DNA of 63,740 nt from Octopus bimaculoides (lineage: Eukaryota): the NCBI RefSeq assembly GCF_001194135.2, contig NC_068992.1, positions 62,959,561 through 63,023,300 on the forward strand. The letters are read 5' to 3'. Below are positions 61,131-63,740 of the stretch, piece by piece. The position numbers were made by a program, and so were the translations under genes. How positions within the stretch are numbered: the stretch's first letter is position 1; every line of letters starts with the position of its first letter. The notes beneath the pieces are model-generated. The model did not search any database and was not told where the DNA came from. It was given only the letters and a program-made list of their open reading frames with translations.

Positions 61131-62325
61131 TATGGCAATAACATATCCATTCACTCATAATGTGTTCAAGCAGATTCAAACGTGAATATCGGGTCACTGA
61201 TGTTTCTCCTCATCATAGAGCACCTTCTCACTTTAAACGATGTGTATTCTTAACACACTCTGTTCACCATTATAAAGAAAGTGAAAATATCGCGGTGTTT
61301 CGACCTCGTTGAGTATCTCCTCAGTCAACGTTACCCCACCGGATCGGGGAATCTCACAAGAGCAGAGCATATTAACAATGAAATAAACAAACAAGTTATT
61401 GTTTGAATTCTCACTTTTCTGCCAGCACCCCATGAATTATCTTTTTGGTAGACATCACTATTCATCAACAAATAATTTGTGTGCTGACTTCTATAAAATG
61501 TTCATGTTTTCGGGAGATGTATCGGTCCAGCAGGATAGTCTTACTTCAGGAGACACAAAATGAGGTTAAAATACTGCGGTAACTCAACGTCCCCGCGCAC
61601 TGGTTAATCGCGTGTTATAAACACGCATCGGTGAAAGGGACGAGGTGTTCTCCGATGACGAAAAACAAAAGCGATCAGATATTATACGGCAGGCTGAGTA
61701 AGAGTTCGTTATTAGCGAAAGAGGTAGTATTAGTTGAAAATAGAATTTTGTGTATCTTATTTAAGGTGGATATACTGTAGAAGACCAGAACATCGTTTCC
61801 AACGGTAAAAATGCATTCAATCTCGCCTACTGACTATGTGCGACACAAGTGATTTGTTAATTAATTGCTTTTTTTTCTATATTAGTTTAGGCTAAATTTG
61901 TCTAAGCATGCTGTTCATAGTGAAGACTTACTATTGATGATGCTCAAAGAAGCAGAAATTTAGATTTAGCAATGCCATAGGCGCTACTCGACACTTTTCA
62001 TATGCTATTGGTATAAATCTGTGCTCTTTTAGCAATAAATGTCTATACGAGATGCTTTCTCGAGACGAATGTCGCAGTTTTGTGGTTCTCTACTGCATAT
62101 CCACGTTAAGTAAGGTATAAAGCATACTATTTCAACTAATATACATAAATGAGTATATGTGAGTGTATGAGTGCGCGCGCGCGCAAGTATGTGTGCGTGC
62201 GTGTGTGTGTGTGTGTGTGTTGTAGTGTTGATTTACTAATACGATCAGCAATACACACGCTGCAATGTAGCGTGAGATGAATATCGGGAATTATACATAA
62301 TCTACTTCGGATTTCCTAGTCGGGC

Positions 62326-62405
62326 AGTGCAGTGAACGGACGGGTTTGTATCGCGCAGCAACGTCAGGCAGTCGTTTAGGTATAAGCCCGTCTGATTACT
62401 GCACT
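62326..62405 (+). ncRNA. Pre-miRNA-like hairpin
   Basis: Arms 62326-62352 and 62379-62405 pair at 26 of 27 positions with no bulges (21 Watson-Crick, 5 G.U, one A.A mismatch) around a 26-nt loop. It lies in non-repetitive sequence. I do not recognise the mature sequence. Confidence 0.6.
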
Positions 62406-63288
62406 ATGTGAACATGAAACTTGAAGTAGATCGCGTATAACTATTGCATTCATTAAATGAAATATATGTGTGCGTGCGTGCGTGTGTGTCTGTCTGTGTG
62501 TGAGACTGTGTGTGCATGATGTATGGATGCATTGTTTTTAGTCATTAGATTGCAGTCACGCCATGGAACCGCCTTCATTACATTCATACTATACATCCAC
62601 AGTAATTTTCCTTAACCAATTATTTAAGGTTATCGATTACTCTCCCAGCTAAGTTACAGTATATAAAGGGCCACAAGACAACATATAGGTAAGCCGTGCG
62701 CGTATTCAAACACAAACACACGCACATATACATAAACATACAGATATATATAAATACACATACACATATATATATATATATATGTTTACATATAAATGTG
62801 TATGTGTGTGTGTGTGTGTGTATGCATATATATATNNNNNNNNNNNNNNNNNNNNNNNNNNNNNNNNNNNNNNNNNNNNNNNNNNNNNNNNNNNNNNNNN
62901 NNNNNNNNNNNNNNNNNNNNNNNNNNNNNNNNNNNNNNNNNNNNNNNNNNNNNNNNNNNNNNNNNNNNNNNNNNNNNNNNNNNNNNNNNNNNNNNNNNNN
63001 NNNNNNNNNNNNNNNNNNNNNNNNNNNNNNNNNNNNNNNNNNNNNNNNNNNNNNNNNNNNNNNNNNNNNNNNNNNNNNNNNNNNNNNNNNNNNNNNNNNN
63101 NNNNNNNNNNNNNNNNNNNNNNNNNNNNNNNNNNNNNNNNNNNNNNNNNNNNNNNNNNNNNNNNNNNNNNNNNNNNNNNNNNNNNNNNNNNNNNNNNNNN
63201 TATATATATATATCCGTATGTATCTATAGATGTATATGTTTATATGGAATGTATACGATGTATAGATTTACACAAGCATACACATATA

Positions 63289-63330
<42 letters not shown>

Positions 63331-63704
63331 TATATGCATGCTTATATATATATATATACAATTTATATACGCATACATATATATGTATGTAAATGCCTGC
63401 ATATGTATATGTATATATATACCTATATGCACATCTGTCTATCTATTTATATATGTATGCATGCATGTATGTCTGTCTGTCTGTATGTATGTATGTATGT
63501 ATGTATGTATGTATCTAAAACTGTGTGTCTGTGTGCACGTGCGAGCGTGTGGGAGTGTGTATTTCAGTTTTGAAATGTTTATATTCTCTTCATGTTATGC
63601 GAAAACAAGATAAGGATTCTTGTATATGGTCTGATAGCAGAAATCACACAGTGAATTGCTGGTTTCACTCGTAAGATTAACAGACGTATACAGATATACA
63701 TACA

Positions 63705-63740
<36 letters not shown>

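Overview
AT-rich, microsatellite-saturated animal genomic DNA from a draft short-read assembly, with about 25 N-gaps totalling roughly 8 kb. The repeat landscape (dense tRNA-derived SINEs, compound di-/tri-/tetranucleotide tracts) suggests a coleoid cephalopod such as Octopus; this is inference from pattern, not a database match. Almost every ORF in the supplied track is a microsatellite or N-gap read-through. The only confidently recognisable host coding sequence is the terminal exon (9704-9880, +) of a nicotinic acetylcholine receptor / Cys-loop channel subunit (M4 helix); its upstream exons are not visible in the window. The rest is mostly transposon debris: three SINE families, three 3' remnants of restriction-like-endonuclease LINEs, a Penelope-like RT remnant (RYIDD), a DD37D (maT-type) Tc1/mariner transposase remnant, and several MITEs. 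The most interesting unexplained signals are: a near-perfect 27-bp pre-miRNA-like hairpin (62326-62405); a locally generated 64-bp inverted repeat 157 nt upstream of the receptor's last splice acceptor; minimal Penelope-type hammerhead-ribozyme motifs; head-to-tail SINE arrays; and a nested SINE with a 17-bp target-site duplication. No CRISPR array or prokaryotic-type system is supported.
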